Source: Selaginella moellendorffii
Lineage: Eukaryota > Plantae > Lycopodiophyta
Reading direction: 5' to 3'
Length of the DNA stretch: 64,000 nucleotides
Assembly: GCF_000143415.4 (NCBI RefSeq)
Contig: NW_003314398.1
Location: 130,670 to 194,669, forward strand
Shown piece after piece: positions 48,421 through 60,039 of this stretch (position 1 is the first letter of the stretch; every line of letters begins with the position of its first letter). The position numbers were made by a program, and so were the translations under genes. Below the pieces are notes generated by a model. That model ran no database searches and was not told the DNA's origin. It worked only from the letters and a program-made list of their open reading frames with translations.

Positions 48421-50142
48421 TTACTCTCGCGTTTCCATTCTGGCAGTAACATTCTCCTTGGACACTCTCCCAGTGCTTTTAAGCATCGCAACAACAGCCT
48501 CGTGCACAGCCACATCGATCTCTACTCCACTCTCTGACGCTTCCCGGAGCAGCGTGACAGCGTCGTCGGCTCTCTCAGCCTTGCAAATCCCATCTAGCAG
48601 AGCCCCGTAAGTCGCCGCGTCTGGCCGGCACTCCCGCTGTGGCATCTCCCTGAACAGCTCCAGAGCTCTTTCAACGCGGCCAACCCGGCAGAGCCCGGAG
48701 ATGAGAGCGTTGTAAGTGACCGTCTGTGGCGATACGTCTCCCCGGATCATGTCCGAGAACACCTCGTCGGCTTCCAGACCCCGGCCAGCCTTGCCAAGGC
48801 CATCGATGATCACCCAGTACGTAAGAAAGCTCGGCCTTGTGGATCCCGATAGCACCTGCTGGTAGAGCTCCATCGCTTCCCCGGCTCTCCCCTTCCTCAA
48901 AAGCCCATACAAGAGGAGCGTATACATGGTCGCCGTCGGCTTTGCTCGTTTGCCATCCTCGAGCTTCCCTCGATCTTCCACAAGCCTCGGTTTGGAATGC
49001 GATTCCACCAAGCTCCGGAACGTTCGAACATCCGGCATTCTTCCCTTGGCCACCATCTTCTCCATGAACTTCCAAGCGTCATCCAGCCGCTGTGCGCTGC
49101 ACAGCCCGTCCACGATCACGCTGTACGTGACAAAATCGGGCTCGCACTTCTCGTTTCCAGTCATCTCCTCGAAACCTTTGAGAGCCTCGTCCAGACGACC
49201 CGCCTCACAGAACTTCCGAAGCACGTACGTGTGCGGCACCGCGTCGGGCTTGAAATGCTTCTCCTTCATCATCCTCAGGAGCTTCCACGCATCGCTCACC
49301 CGGCCACACCGGCACAGGATCTCCAGAGCAACACCCAGGCACGGCATGTCGGGTATCTTGTCCTTGTCCACCATCTCCTGCGCGACTTTGGTGGCGTGAT
49401 CCAAGCGCCCTTGCCTGCTGAGCTCGTAGATCATGGTGCTATACGTCGACGAATCCGGCTGGCAAGTCTCTTGCATCATCTGGTAGTAAGAAAACGCATC
49501 GTCCAGCTTCCCAGATCGCAGGAGCCCGTTGAGCAGCACGCTGTAGATCGCCGTCTTGGCCTCGATGCCACCCCGTCCTTGCATCTCGTTGAAGACCTCG
49601 CATGCCTCGTCGATCCTCCCGGCGTCGCAGAGCCCCCGGACGAGCACCGTGTACGTGAAAGCATTGGGCTTGAACATCCGGCTGAAGCGCTGCTTGAAGA
49701 TGCCATACGCGTCCATGGATCGGCCACACCGGACGAGCGTCTCCAGCAGCTGGTTGGCGGAGGTGATGTCGTGCTTGAATCCATCCTGCCTCGCGGCCCA
49801 GACGAAGAAGCTCACGGCCTGATCGGGCAGCACGAGATGGCTCAGCACCAGGCACGCAATGCGTGTCGAGTCCCGGAGGTGTGAGACCAAGCGCTTGTCC
49901 AATCGCCCAGCCTTGACAGCGGCCACGATGGCCTCGGCATCCACCATCTCCGGCCGGATGGGATCCTTGGCCCAGTTGTATGCCGCCTTCTTCCCGCGAG
50001 CTTGGATCGCTCGATCCAGCCCTGCCACTGCGGTCTCCACGAGCTGGCTGCCGCAAAACGCGGCCAAGCAGCGAGCGCTGGAAAACCTGTATGCCTCCTC
50101 CCATCTCCATTTCCTGCCGAGAAAGAATGCCGCTACCGGCAT
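48421..50142 (-). CDS. P-class pentatricopeptide repeat protein (intronless, 573 aa)
   Basis: Tandem 35-aa repeats (TYTVLVRGLCDAGRIDEA, TYNALISGLCRVGRVERA). Confidence 0.93.
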   Translation of the reverse strand: MPVAAFFLGRKWRWEEAYRFSSARCLAAFCGSQLVETAVAGLDRAIQARGKKAAYNWAKDPIRPEMVDAEAIVAAVKAGRLDKRLVSHLRDSTRIACLVLSHLVLPDQAVSFFVWAARQDGFKHDITSANQLLETLVRCGRSMDAYGIFKQRFSRMFKPNAFTYTVLVRGLCDAGRIDEACEVFNEMQGRGGIEAKTAIYSVLLNGLLRSGKLDDAFSYYQMMQETCQPDSSTYSTMIYELSRQGRLDHATKVAQEMVDKDKIPDMPCLGVALEILCRCGRVSDAWKLLRMMKEKHFKPDAVPHTYVLRKFCEAGRLDEALKGFEEMTGNEKCEPDFVTYSVIVDGLCSAQRLDDAWKFMEKMVAKGRMPDVRTFRSLVESHSKPRLVEDRGKLEDGKRAKPTATMYTLLLYGLLRKGRAGEAMELYQQVLSGSTRPSFLTYWVIIDGLGKAGRGLEADEVFSDMIRGDVSPQTVTYNALISGLCRVGRVERALELFREMPQRECRPDAATYGALLDGICKAERADDAVTLLREASESGVEIDVAVHEAVVAMLKSTGRVSKENVTARMETRE

Positions 50143-50201
50143 TCTCCTCTTATTTCCTCCTTGCTACCTAGCTGAAGAACCCTAAAATCCCTGAAAGAGA
50201 T

Positions 50202-50774
50202 CTACCACGATGCCTTGTAGAGCCCCATGAGCTCGTGGCGCCCGGCCATCTCCCGCAAGCAGATTCGCGACATTCTAAACTTGCGGTAGACCGATCGAGA
50301 CCTGCCCGTGATGATGCACCGGTTCCTCACCCGCGTGATGGAGCTGTTCTTGGGCAGCGCGTTGAGCTTGCTCTCGAAATATCGGCGGACCTCGAGCGGG
50401 AGATTGCGGTCGTGCGTCATCGCCTTGTACTGCATGCGCTCGTTCTCGTGCTCCGCGACGCACAGCCGGCGCTTGAAATCCCGGATCGCCTTGTTGTTCA
50501 CCATGCGGCCGATGCGCTTGAGATAGACGGGGCTCCGCTGCGACAGAAAGATCGGTGGAAATTTCGCCGCATCCTTGGCAGATTCGGCAGCAGGGGCTGG
50601 AGAATCGCTAGCTGGAGAATCACTGGCTGGAGAAGAAGCTCCTGGAGCGGGCGCTTCTCCTTCTGCGGAGCGGATGCTCGAGCTTGTGAATGGCCGCGCC
50701 GACAAGAAGGATGATCTAAGACTGCCGCCGAGCAAGGACTGGTTCCATCGCGCGCTTCTCAGGAGGAATGCCAT
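50202..50774 (-). CDS. rps14: Nuclear-encoded mitochondrial ribosomal protein S14 with N-terminal presequence
   Basis: RDFKRRL...E, LPKNSSITRVRNRCIITGRSRSVYRKFRMSRICLREMA...KASW, with an Arg/Ser-rich presequence. Confidence 0.92.
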   Translation of the reverse strand: MAFLLRSARWNQSLLGGSLRSSFLSARPFTSSSIRSAEGEAPAPGASSPASDSPASDSPAPAAESAKDAAKFPPIFLSQRSPVYLKRIGRMVNNKAIRDFKRRLCVAEHENERMQYKAMTHDRNLPLEVRRYFESKLNALPKNSSITRVRNRCIITGRSRSVYRKFRMSRICLREMAGRHELMGLYKASW

Positions 50775-50815
50775 TGTCTCTTCCCTGTCAAGAACCCTAA
50801 ATCAAAAGCAAATCG

Positions 50816-53800
50816 CTAGCGTCCATTCATGAATGTGTCCGTTTCATCGGACGGTACAGCTTCGGGTGTGGTGCTCTCTTCGGGGATCACCGAAAAGAGC
50901 AAGAAAAATGCGCCTGTGTAGATACTTACGTGCCAGAGACTGAAACCAACAACACCATCAACAGATCTACAAAGAAAAGCTAGCTTTTTTCTTCTTACCT
51001 GTGCCAAATCCAATAGTTCCTCGCTGTTTCCTGTTTCCAGCATACTCCCGCGAATGCTACGATCATAACTCCGATTCCAACATACGCCCAGACAAACCTT
51101 TGCCGGAGCTTCTTCACGAACGCGCTCCTTTGGAGCTCCAAGCTATACAACCTGGAAAAACCATGGAAGGTTTCACACGCGCTTTAGTTTCTTGATCACG
51201 GGAGTTTCTCCTTGCTCACCTTATCAACTGCAACCGAAAGGGCTCGCATCGACGCAGCCTGTTTTGCCCCCACAGCTCCCACAACAGCCCGAGCAGAAGC
51301 ACCGCCGCGCCAATTCCAATCACAAGGAGTGCGCTCCTGACACTGAACACCAAAGCCAGTTAGTTCTTAAAGTTGCTCAAACTTTGCGTCCTCTGGCACA
51401 CCTTGTCCGATCTTTGTTCTTGGCAATGATGGCGGTGATGACCGCCGCAGCTACATGAAGCGTTGGTTTGGTAAGGCCAAGAACTTCCGCCAGATACAAG
51501 CACGTAAAGATCACGGCCAGGAAAGAGAGCCAGAAATCCAGGAACTGCAAGGCGAAAAGTTAGGAACTGTGAGCACATTTTTAAGCTCTTGGCTTGCCTG
51601 CAATGTGTCGTAGGACAGAGCACACCAGCCACCAGCGTCACAAGAGTGATAGATTGCACTAGAGATGCCGCTGGCCGTGTATATGAGCCACTCGGACATA
51701 GCCTATGTGACGAGCTTTTCAGCACAAAATAAATTCCTAAAGCAGATGTATCGAGCACCTTTTGACGAAGAGCCCAGAAGCTTGGAAAAGCAGCTGCTGC
51801 ATTCGAGCCGACTAGAGCAGCAATCTGCAAGGATCTCGCTGAAACACACCGTTAAGATCGAAATTTATGTTGCCAAGCAAATGTAGACAAAATAGATGAC
51901 AATTACCTGAAAGACTCAAGAGTTTCTCCGAGCAATCAATCCCACCGTGTGTCCGGTCGCAGTTGCAGAAGCTGTAGCCCAACATCCGGTTAATGCATCA
52001 CAAGAAGAAGGATTCTACCTGTAAAAACTCAAGCGACTGGCTTCGTATCTTGTGGTGCAAGATCCATGGTGCGAGCAAGAATCCACGCAGCCATGTAGAT
52101 GCACCCGGAACTTGAGAGCCGCTTCAACAGCTAGAGAATGTCTCACACCGATAGACCACAATCCTTCCGCGGGGTACGTGACGTCGAAGGAGAGAGATTT
52201 GTTGTTCTTGGATGTGTGGCGAAAGTCCCAGCTTTCAAGCGTGGGATATCCTTTAAACCGAGCATAGGCCTCTATCAAACTTGCCTCGGGAAAGTGAACC
52301 TCGAAAGACAAAACTGATCCAGCTGCACCATTTGGAACTTCCAGATTCAGATATAACCACCTCAACGTAGTATTTACAGCCTGCGCGTTTAATAACTTCC
52401 AAGAAAACCAGCCAGACTTGGTGCTAGTCTTCGTCGCTGGTAAAAAGCTTGAATCGAAAGGTGACTCGCTCGCCCTTGAAACAACTCTCTGTGAAGAAGA
52501 ACTAAGATTAGTTTTCGACCATAAGAAACAAAGCTACCTCAAGCGGGATGGATGGCGAATTGCATCCAGCTCCACCGTATCCGGCCACACAATCCTGGAT
52601 TCTCCAGAGTAGAGAAAAACACGAGTTTGAACCGCCTGTAGAATTGTCACCCGTCACACCTATGTACCACGCACCTTTCATAGGCGCCTCGATAACTAAC
52701 TGAGTCTGATTGCCTGTAGAAACGTCACTAAGTTGAGGAAGAGCTTCATGTCTGGCAGCAAGCTTCATATCGGACACGGCAGCGTCAGTGTCGACCCTGA
52801 TCTCCAAAGATGACACCAAGTCCGGAATTTGAAGAAGGAAAAATGTCCACTCACCCCGAGCAACACAGTTCCCCAACAGAGTTCTCCACGAAGAAGTGTT
52901 ACCAGAAGCTTGCGATGTTCCATTGGCAATCCTCTCCACACCCGATACAGAAAACTCGCTGGAAGAGGAAGACGAGAGAACATTCACGCTCCGGTTACAG
53001 ACCTCTCCTGCAAAATTGTCTTTGCAGACCGAAACTGCAACTTGCGCTTCAAAGTTATAAGTTGGTCCCCGTGAAATCTGTGAACAACGCAAGCAAGATA
53101 TTGTAAACAAAAGAGAAAGACAAGCATTTATATGCTGACGCTTTTCTTACCATTGTAGACTGAGTCCGATGGGGACTTGGATCACTAAATGTTCCAATAT
53201 ATAATACTCCAGAAACTATCTGGAAACGTCAAAGAAACATTGTCAATGGAAGCGTAGACAGAGCGTAGAACATTACCTGTTCGTTCGTCATGTTGATGTG
53301 AACGGACTCTTGGAATAAAGCGCATTTCCCTGTCGTGGAAACATTGCGTCTCTCCCCGGCCATCTTAATCGCTACCTCGAGGCTTTCCACTGTACCAACG
53401 ATAAAAAGAGAAATCTACCAAAAGCTCGAATTGATCGCTTCCTTACCAGGCCCCGATGGCAGTGGAAGGCCGCCGAATTGGAAACAAACAAGAGGTCCAC
53501 TCCCCTTTTCTTGCAAAGAGACAAGGAAAAGTGGAAACTTGGCACGAAGTTCTCGGAAAAAATGCAATTTTTTCTACCTGGGACGTCCATCTCTTCTTGG
53601 TGAGGATGATAGAGAGTACGGAGAAAGACACAGGAATCTCGGCTGCAGGAGAGAGAGAGAAAAAGATGGAGAGAAAGCATTGCAAATGATCTTCGTACCT
53701 CGAAAGTAGTCCCAGCCCGAGGGCCCGATGGTCCTATCGGGATAAAAGGCCGACAATGCGATGCGCGAACTGGAATTCGAATTCGAACTGGAGCTCGCAA

Positions 53801-53924
53801 GAACCCTAAGAACTCCCACTCGATCAGAACTTCCAGGAGCGCCAGCGCTGATCGCCTCCGCCGCGATTCCATGCATCCCCAGAATGTAGCCGCCGGCTAG
53901 CAGCATCAACAATCGCAGCGCCAT
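50816..53924 (-). CDS. TMEM8/PGAP6-like membrane protein with EGF-like domain (multi-exon)
   Basis: Signal peptide, GPSGWDYF, Cys-rich CSHHGSC...CDRTHGGIDCS, EWLIYTASGISSAIYHSCD, FLDFWLSF and YWIWHSLWH. Confidence 0.85.
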
Positions 53925-54140
53925 GGCCTGGCGCCTCCTCTTTCTTGCCCAGTTGCCCTCTTCTTCCCACTCTCTTCTTTCTCCCGAGCGCACAAACGAG
54001 GAGGAAGCTCCCTTGCTCCGCCACGTGGCGCACATCCGACGGTCCTCGGTCTACATTGGCGGCTCCATCCAATTTTGTCTAAGAGCGAGCCAATTTGGTA
54101 CTGCTTAAGCTGTCTGTGAGAGAGAGCTTCCCTTCCTCCC

Positions 54141-54810
54141 ATGGATCGTTTCATTAGGGTTCTAGCATTCTCCCTGGCGGCATTCGCGATCGCCGGCTAC
54201 TGCCGCGATCTTCCAGTCTCGAGCACGATCGCCAGCTTTCTCAGCACCAATGGCCTCCCTGCGGGATTGTTCCCGACGGCAGGGATCGAGGTGAGCAAAA
54301 GCGAAAATTTTCCAGAATTTCCCTCTCGCTCAATCGCCGGCTTTGCTGTAGAAATTCGAGGTGCGCACGAATGGCACTTTCCTGGTGGAGCTGCGCGATG
54401 TGTGCCAGTCCAAGGAGCTGGACGAGCAGGGCCTGTTCTTCGATTCTCGAATCAGCGGGAGCTTTGGCCACGGCAAGATGTACGACATGTACGGGGTGTG
54501 GATTAGGAAGAGCTTCCACTGGCTGCCAGTCTCGAGCGTGGAGCTCGCCGATGGCACTCACGTAAGCTTCCAGGTCGGGATGTTCGAGCACAAGCTCCCG
54601 ATCACCAGGTTCCAGGACGAGATCGTCTGTGACAAGCGCACCACCGGGAATTTCAAGCAAGAAAGCAACGACACTAGCTCCTTCGAGGTAAGCAAGAGCT
54701 AGAAAGATCACAAGAGCCAGAAAAATCGATCTTTGAGTCGCGAGTGTCTAACTTCCGCCTTGCAGGACTACGTCTATGGTGTCTTCCGGCGAGCCTTTGG
54801 TGGGATCTGA
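54141..54810 (+). CDS. DUF538-family secreted protein
   Basis: Signal peptide, LSTNGLPAGLFP, ISGSFGHGKM..GV..K..WLPV and FQVG. Introns at about 54291-54351 and 54688-54765. Confidence 0.8.
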
Positions 54811-57073
54811 CGACCTTGGTGGTAGAAGCTAGCGACGAGATACAGATGTTTGCTAGAATCACATAACTTGCTCCGTGTTTTGGATCTAGATTCACCAGCT
54901 GCTCGGCAACTCGAGCGGCTCTTTCTCTCTCGCCCTGGCCCCGGCAAGCGTCGAGCAGGCACATAAGCTCCACCGCGTCAGGGACGAACGGCATGGCCTC
55001 GACAACATCCTCGGCATCTCGCAGGTATCCGGCGCTGGCGAGCAAGTGCACGACGCAGCAGTAGTGCTGCTTGACGGGCTCGAGGCCAAAGTCCCCGCTC
55101 ATTGAGACGAAGCAGCTCAAGCCAGCGTCGACTTTGGCTTGGTGGGAGTAAGCTATGAGAACCGGGACGAAGCAGATCTTGGTTGGCAGTGCGACCATCT
55201 TCATCCGATGGAACATCGCTACAACTTTGCAGCTGGAATCGCCGCCGTTGCAGCAGTGTGAGCTGATGATCCCGCTCCACGATGAAGCTCCGTGCTCCGG
55301 CATTTGCGAGAAGATCCTCTCCGCGCCTTCCAAGTCGCCGTTTTGCGAGTGTGCTGCCATGATGCAATTCCATGAAACTGTATCGTGGAAGGCCATTCTG
55401 TGAAACAGGATCTTAGATTCTTCGAGGTGTCCATTTGAGGCATATGCCCATACGAGGGTGGTAGCGGAGAAGAGATCCTTGTGAGGCAACGAATCAAACA
55501 CCCTCTTTGTCTCGTCCAGATGCCCAAACTGGGCATAGGCCGCCAACAGCGAGTTAAACGAGCAGTCATCCCACTCGGGCATTTCATCAAACAAACACTT
55601 AGCTTCCTCAAAATGCCCATTTTGTGCATAGCCCACCAACATCGTGTTCCAAGTCACGAGATTCTTTTCCACCATATTGTCCACCATTGCAATTGCCCGA
55701 CTAAGACACCCATTGTCAAAAAACGCGGCTATGACTGCGTTTGTTGACGCTAAATCCTTGTGTGGCATGCTCTGGAAGACGTCAAACGCTTGTTTGATAT
55801 GCCCGTTTCGGGCATACGAAGAAAGCATACACGTCCACGAAATTAAATCTCGACTTGGCATCCTATCAAACGTATCCTTCGCAAAATCTACAAAACCGTA
55901 CTCCCCGTACATGGAGATCATCTGCGTCCACGACACCACATTGGGCCACGGCATGGATTCAAACAAAGATTTGGCCTGGAAGACATGCCCAATCTGGGCA
56001 TAGCCGCCCAGCATGACATTCCACGTCAGCGTGTCCCAAGCCGGCATGTCGTGGAACAACCGACCAGCCCTGTCAATGTCGCCGGCGGAGACACACCCGG
56101 CCAGCATGGCATTCCACGTTGCCATGCTGGTTTCTGGCATCTCCCTGTGGATATACCTTGCGTTGCTTAGATGCCCTTTCGTGGCATATGCTGTGAGGAT
56201 CGCCGTCCAGCTTACTGTGTTCCATTGTGGCATAGCATCAAACGCACGCTTTGCGCTTGTGACGAGCCCTGTTTTGCAATACCCACCCAGCATAGTGTTG
56301 TAAGATATCAAGTTTCTATGGGGCATGGCAGCGAAGATCTTCTCGGCCTCTTTGATCTCTCCATTCCCGGCGTACGCAGCTAGCATTGCATTCCAGGCGA
56401 CGAGATCCCACTCGGGCATTCCATCGAATGTGTGCTTGGATCCGCGAGAATCTCCATCGGCAGCAAATGCGGCGATCATCGACGTCCAGGTCTCAAGATC
56501 CCGCAGTGGAGCTGCGTGAAACAACGAAACAAATCTTTGTAGATCCTCACCGTGGGTGTATGCCGCGAACAGAGCATTCCAGGATGCCAGATCTCTCTCC
56601 GGCATCTCGTGGAAGATCTCCTCGGCCTTCGCGGCATGCCCCGCCCGGGCAAATGCCGCGATCATCGCGTTCCAGGCGATGGAATCCCTCTCGGGCATTT
56701 GCAAGAAGAGCTCCTCCGCATCCTCGATTCGCCCCCTCTCGGCAAGCGCGCACACCATGGCTGTCCACGACACAAGATTCTTGCAGGGCATCGACACAAA
56801 CACGGCTTGCGCGCCATCGAGATCCCCGTGCCGAGCGTAGGCGCGCATCATCAGCACCCACGAGAAGGCATCCTTGCAGGGCATGGCGTCGAAGATCGCT
56901 CGCGCCTCGCGCACGCTCCCGCAGCGCCCATACATCTCGATGATCTTGTTGGGCACGAAGGTGTCAGTGGCGGCGGCCGTGGCGAGCTCCTGGAATGCGG
57001 CGTGGAGCTCCCTGGCCCTGGAGAGATCGTTGCAGCTCTGGATCAAGCCCACGCACTGAGCTCGATCGAGCAT
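54674..57073 (-). CDS. PLS-class PPR (31-aa S/SS-type repeats) with E domain; candidate organellar RNA-editing factor
   Basis: About 18-20 repeats of the type SWNAMLAAYA..G...A..F..MP. The E region reads HYCCVVHLLASAGYL..AE..V..MPF.PD...LL.ACR...A.YVILAN. No DYW domain. Confidence 0.92.
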   Translation of the reverse strand: MLDRAQCVGLIQSCNDLSRARELHAAFQELATAAATDTFVPNKIIEMYGRCGSVREARAIFDAMPCKDAFSWVLMMRAYARHGDLDGAQAVFVSMPCKNLVSWTAMVCALAERGRIEDAEELFLQMPERDSIAWNAMIAAFARAGHAAKAEEIFHEMPERDLASWNALFAAYTHGEDLQRFVSLFHAAPLRDLETWTSMIAAFAADGDSRGSKHTFDGMPEWDLVAWNAMLAAYAGNGEIKEAEKIFAAMPHRNLISYNTMLGGYCKTGLVTSAKRAFDAMPQWNTVSWTAILTAYATKGHLSNARYIHREMPETSMATWNAMLAGCVSAGDIDRAGRLFHDMPAWDTLTWNVMLGGYAQIGHVFQAKSLFESMPWPNVVSWTQMISMYGEYGFVDFAKDTFDRMPSRDLISWTCMLSSYARNGHIKQAFDVFQSMPHKDLASTNAVIAAFFDNGCLSRAIAMVDNMVEKNLVTWNTMLVGYAQNGHFEEAKCLFDEMPEWDDCSFNSLLAAYAQFGHLDETKRVFDSLPHKDLFSATTLVWAYASNGHLEESKILFHRMAFHDTVSWNCIMAAHSQNGDLEGAERIFSQMPEHGASSWSGIISSHCCNGGDSSCKVVAMFHRMKMVALPTKICFVPVLIAYSHQAKVDAGLSCFVSMSGDFGLEPVKQHYCCVVHLLASAGYLRDAEDVVEAMPFVPDAVELMCLLDACRGQGERERAARVAEQLVNLDPKHGASYVILANICISSLASTTKVVRSHQRLAGRHHRRSPARRKLDTRDSKIDFSGSCDLSSSCLPRRS

Positions 57074-57207
57074 AGGATAGCAAGCGTGCTCTGATCATGA
57101 CAAAGAAAACCACGTCTTCCGAGGCATAGAAAGAAAGAAATCCCTTGATCCAATTCAATTCAAGGAGAATATAATTGTTTAAAGGAGAATGGGAGAACAC
57201 ACTCTTG

Positions 57208-57360
57208 TCATACCCCCTTCACGGGAGGGGTCTTCGATGGAGGCCTATACCCCTCGGCATTTCGGATAGCCACGGTAAATCGGCTCTCCACCTTCCGGAT
57301 GACAATTGAGAGTACAATCAAAATCACAACTTGAAGAGCGTATTGCCAAACCCGTTGCAT
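57208..57360 (-). CDS. Candidate small secreted peptide precursor, 50 aa (copy 1)
   Basis: MQRVWQYALQVVILIVLSIVIRKVES-RFTVAIRNAEGYRPPSKTPPVKGV. TATA-like and W-box elements lie upstream, and a paralog is at 60857-61009. Confidence 0.55.
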   Translation of the reverse strand: MQRVWQYALQVVILIVLSIVIRKVESRFTVAIRNAEGYRPPSKTPPVKGV

Positions 57361-57639
57361 TGTGTTCGTGCGTGATCTTTTCTCATGTGCATGATCAAAA
57401 CATATATACCAAACAGCAGCTTGACTAAAAGTCTCGTGTCCTACAAAGTCGTGCTTCACTTTTGACTGTTCGAACGAGGTCAAACTGGAGTTTGTTTAGC
57501 AGCTTCCAGGGCTCCCTTGTGACAATTTTCACGTTTTAAAGGAGCCAATGCTTACAATGCGATCTTACGGCAAAGAACGATTCAAAGAGAATAACATGTT
57601 TTGGAGATAAAAAGAACAAGAACCAACACATAAAGCATT

Positions 57640-57950
57640 ATTGTCATGGGCTCATCTTGGCAGGGGTTTGTAGATTTCGAATTAGACTCCTGGCTCTCGA
57701 CCTTCTGAATGACAAATGAAAATGCTATAATCACGACAAGAGCGTATTGCTTCCAATGTTTGCTTGCATTATTCTTTCTTGTATGGTCAAAACATGTATA
57801 CAAGAGTAGAACAGCTTGCCTGGAAGTCTCTTGTTCTACAAATTCGTGCTTCACTTTGACTTTTCTTCTTTCAGTCATGAGGTCAAACTGGAGTACATTC
57901 AGTGGCTTCCACCTTGTCACAGATTTCCACATATTTAAAGGAGCCCATGC
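57640..57950 (-). pseudogene. Frameshifted copy 2 of the small peptide gene with its upstream region
   Basis: QYALVVIIAFSFVIQKVESQ is out of frame with its ATG. Upstream blocks match copies 1 and 3. Confidence 0.55.
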
Positions 57951-58299
57951 TCACATTCAGACTAGAAATGGCTCCAATGGATGTTTTCTGTCTTGGAATA
58001 TCGCAGGGCTCCTGCTTGTGTGGGGCTGTGATGGATTCGATTTAGATCTCATTGAATATCCCAGGGTATAGCTATATGCCATTATCATATGGGTAAAAAA
58101 AAATTTCCAAAAGGGTAATTAATAAAGGGTAATTAATGATTCCTTTAAGGGCTTTTCCTATGGGGTGTTTGTTGTAGGAGAGAATGATTGGCATTCCCCC
58201 ATCTGCAGGCAAGTTGAGAGTTTGAGTTGTGAGGTAGTAGGGTAGTATAGCCACAGCTAAGGAGCAACTCAACTAGCCCAACATAGTTTTGCTATAATT

Positions 58300-58900
58300 T
58301 TGTGAAATAGAGCTAGGTGCAATGAAAGGAGTGCTGAGACAAGCAAGGCATAAGAAGTGAGCATTAGGAGAGTGCAAGCAAGTTAGTGAGTGTATATTTT
58401 TAGTATTGATGAATTAATCTTCAATTTTTTCTTTTAAGTTAAGCTATGTCAGACTACCTTGGAGTTTAAAGTGTGGAGCTCACTGCAATGTGCTAATGAT
58501 TCAACCAATTGAGTGAGCTTACTCATGAGGCTCACAAGTGGTGTAAACCTCTTCAAATGTAATAATAAACATGGTTCTTGTTCAAGATCTTGTGCGTGTT
58601 GATAAACTTTATGAAACTAAATTGCAAAAGGATCCATTCTTTAAAGCATGACAATAACAGCAATGCAAAAATGCTAAAGAAAAAAATCCTCCCACAATAC
58701 ATTCAAGTACTTGTGCTCCAATGTAACTTTGATTAGCTCTTGAAAGTGCATAGGAAACAACCAACTAACTTCAAGGTATCCCAAATGAAGAAAGTGTTTG
58801 CAAAGGTGGTGAAGGACAAAATAATAGTATATAAAGTCAAGTCGTCAACACCACTTTAGAATGAATGAAAAATGAAAAGGATAATAAAATAACAAAACAT
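58300..58900 (-). mobile_element. Possible highly decayed DNA-transposon (hAT-like) remnant
   Basis: Only weak fragments (YIGAQVLECI, HCCYCHALK) in an AT-rich, stop-riddled tract. Confidence 0.2.
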
Positions 58901-60039
58901 GATAGAGATGTTAGGACTTTGGGTGGAGCTTACTTTTCTTCTCAAGAATTTTGAAATTCTCTAATTTATAATTAGTTTATTTGCAATTTGTAGATATATC
59001 ACCCCCTTGACAACAAAACACATATTGCATTTACATGTGCTAAAGAAAAATATGCCACCTGAAGTATCTCTCTACTACATTCTACTAACATATTTATATA
59101 GTAATTTAAATAAAATATAAATTATATTAATTTAACAAAATTTGTTTGGAAAAATGATTCTATTTACTCCATGATAAATTTACTAGTTGGATTCTACAAA
59201 AAGATCTTGTGGCATCTTCAAGTTGTCCCATGTCATGCCCATGCAAAACGGAATAGCTACTAAATGCAAGGGATTCAAGAAAGCATAATCAACAAAAAGA
59301 GAATGAGGCATCACTCCCTTTCTCTCGCTACTAATAACCTATAATTTTCATAAAAAAATTAAAATTTTAAAGAAATTTCAATTAAAAATAATACTTAATA
59401 GAAGAATTTAAAATCATATGATAATACCCAATAGAAAATATTCCAATCCCACTAATAGAGATCTTCATGTTGTTCATTTAAATTAATATTTTATTTATAA
59501 TTTATAAACCATATTTATAATTCATAAACTTTCCTAAAAACTTTCTAATATTCCATTAAAAAACTCAATCATTGGAAAAATATATTATTTAAAAACCTTT
59601 TCTTTCTTGCAGATAAGATAAATTCTTTGAAAAGGATGGGAAAACAAATCTTTTATAAGTGTATCCTATAGGAAAAATTAATTTTCTAAAAGGAAGTTCA
59701 TTCTTTTTAATTTTTTTATGGGAATTTAACTTATAAAAAACTTATTTCCAACCTTTTGGAAATAATTTTTTCCCAAAGGGAAACATACTTTAAAGGGATT
59801 ACATATTGTTAAATTTACCCATATCAAAGGTTTGATATAGACAATTGTTATCCATTATTAAACAATGTAGATTATATATCTAAAGTTCAATGTGTGCAAG
59901 ATCCATCCAATGGAAACATAAAAAACTCATACAAATTCATACAAAAATTGGACCACATAAACCATTGTACCAGATAAAAGGCTACATGGGTGCTGGGTTG
60001 CAAATTGATTGCCACATCTATTACCAAAACACAGCTTAC

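Noticed and set aside
57361-57483. Longer 91-aa version of the peptide ORF
   Set aside because: Non-ATG start that runs through the TATA/W-box region. The paralog supports the ATG at 57360.
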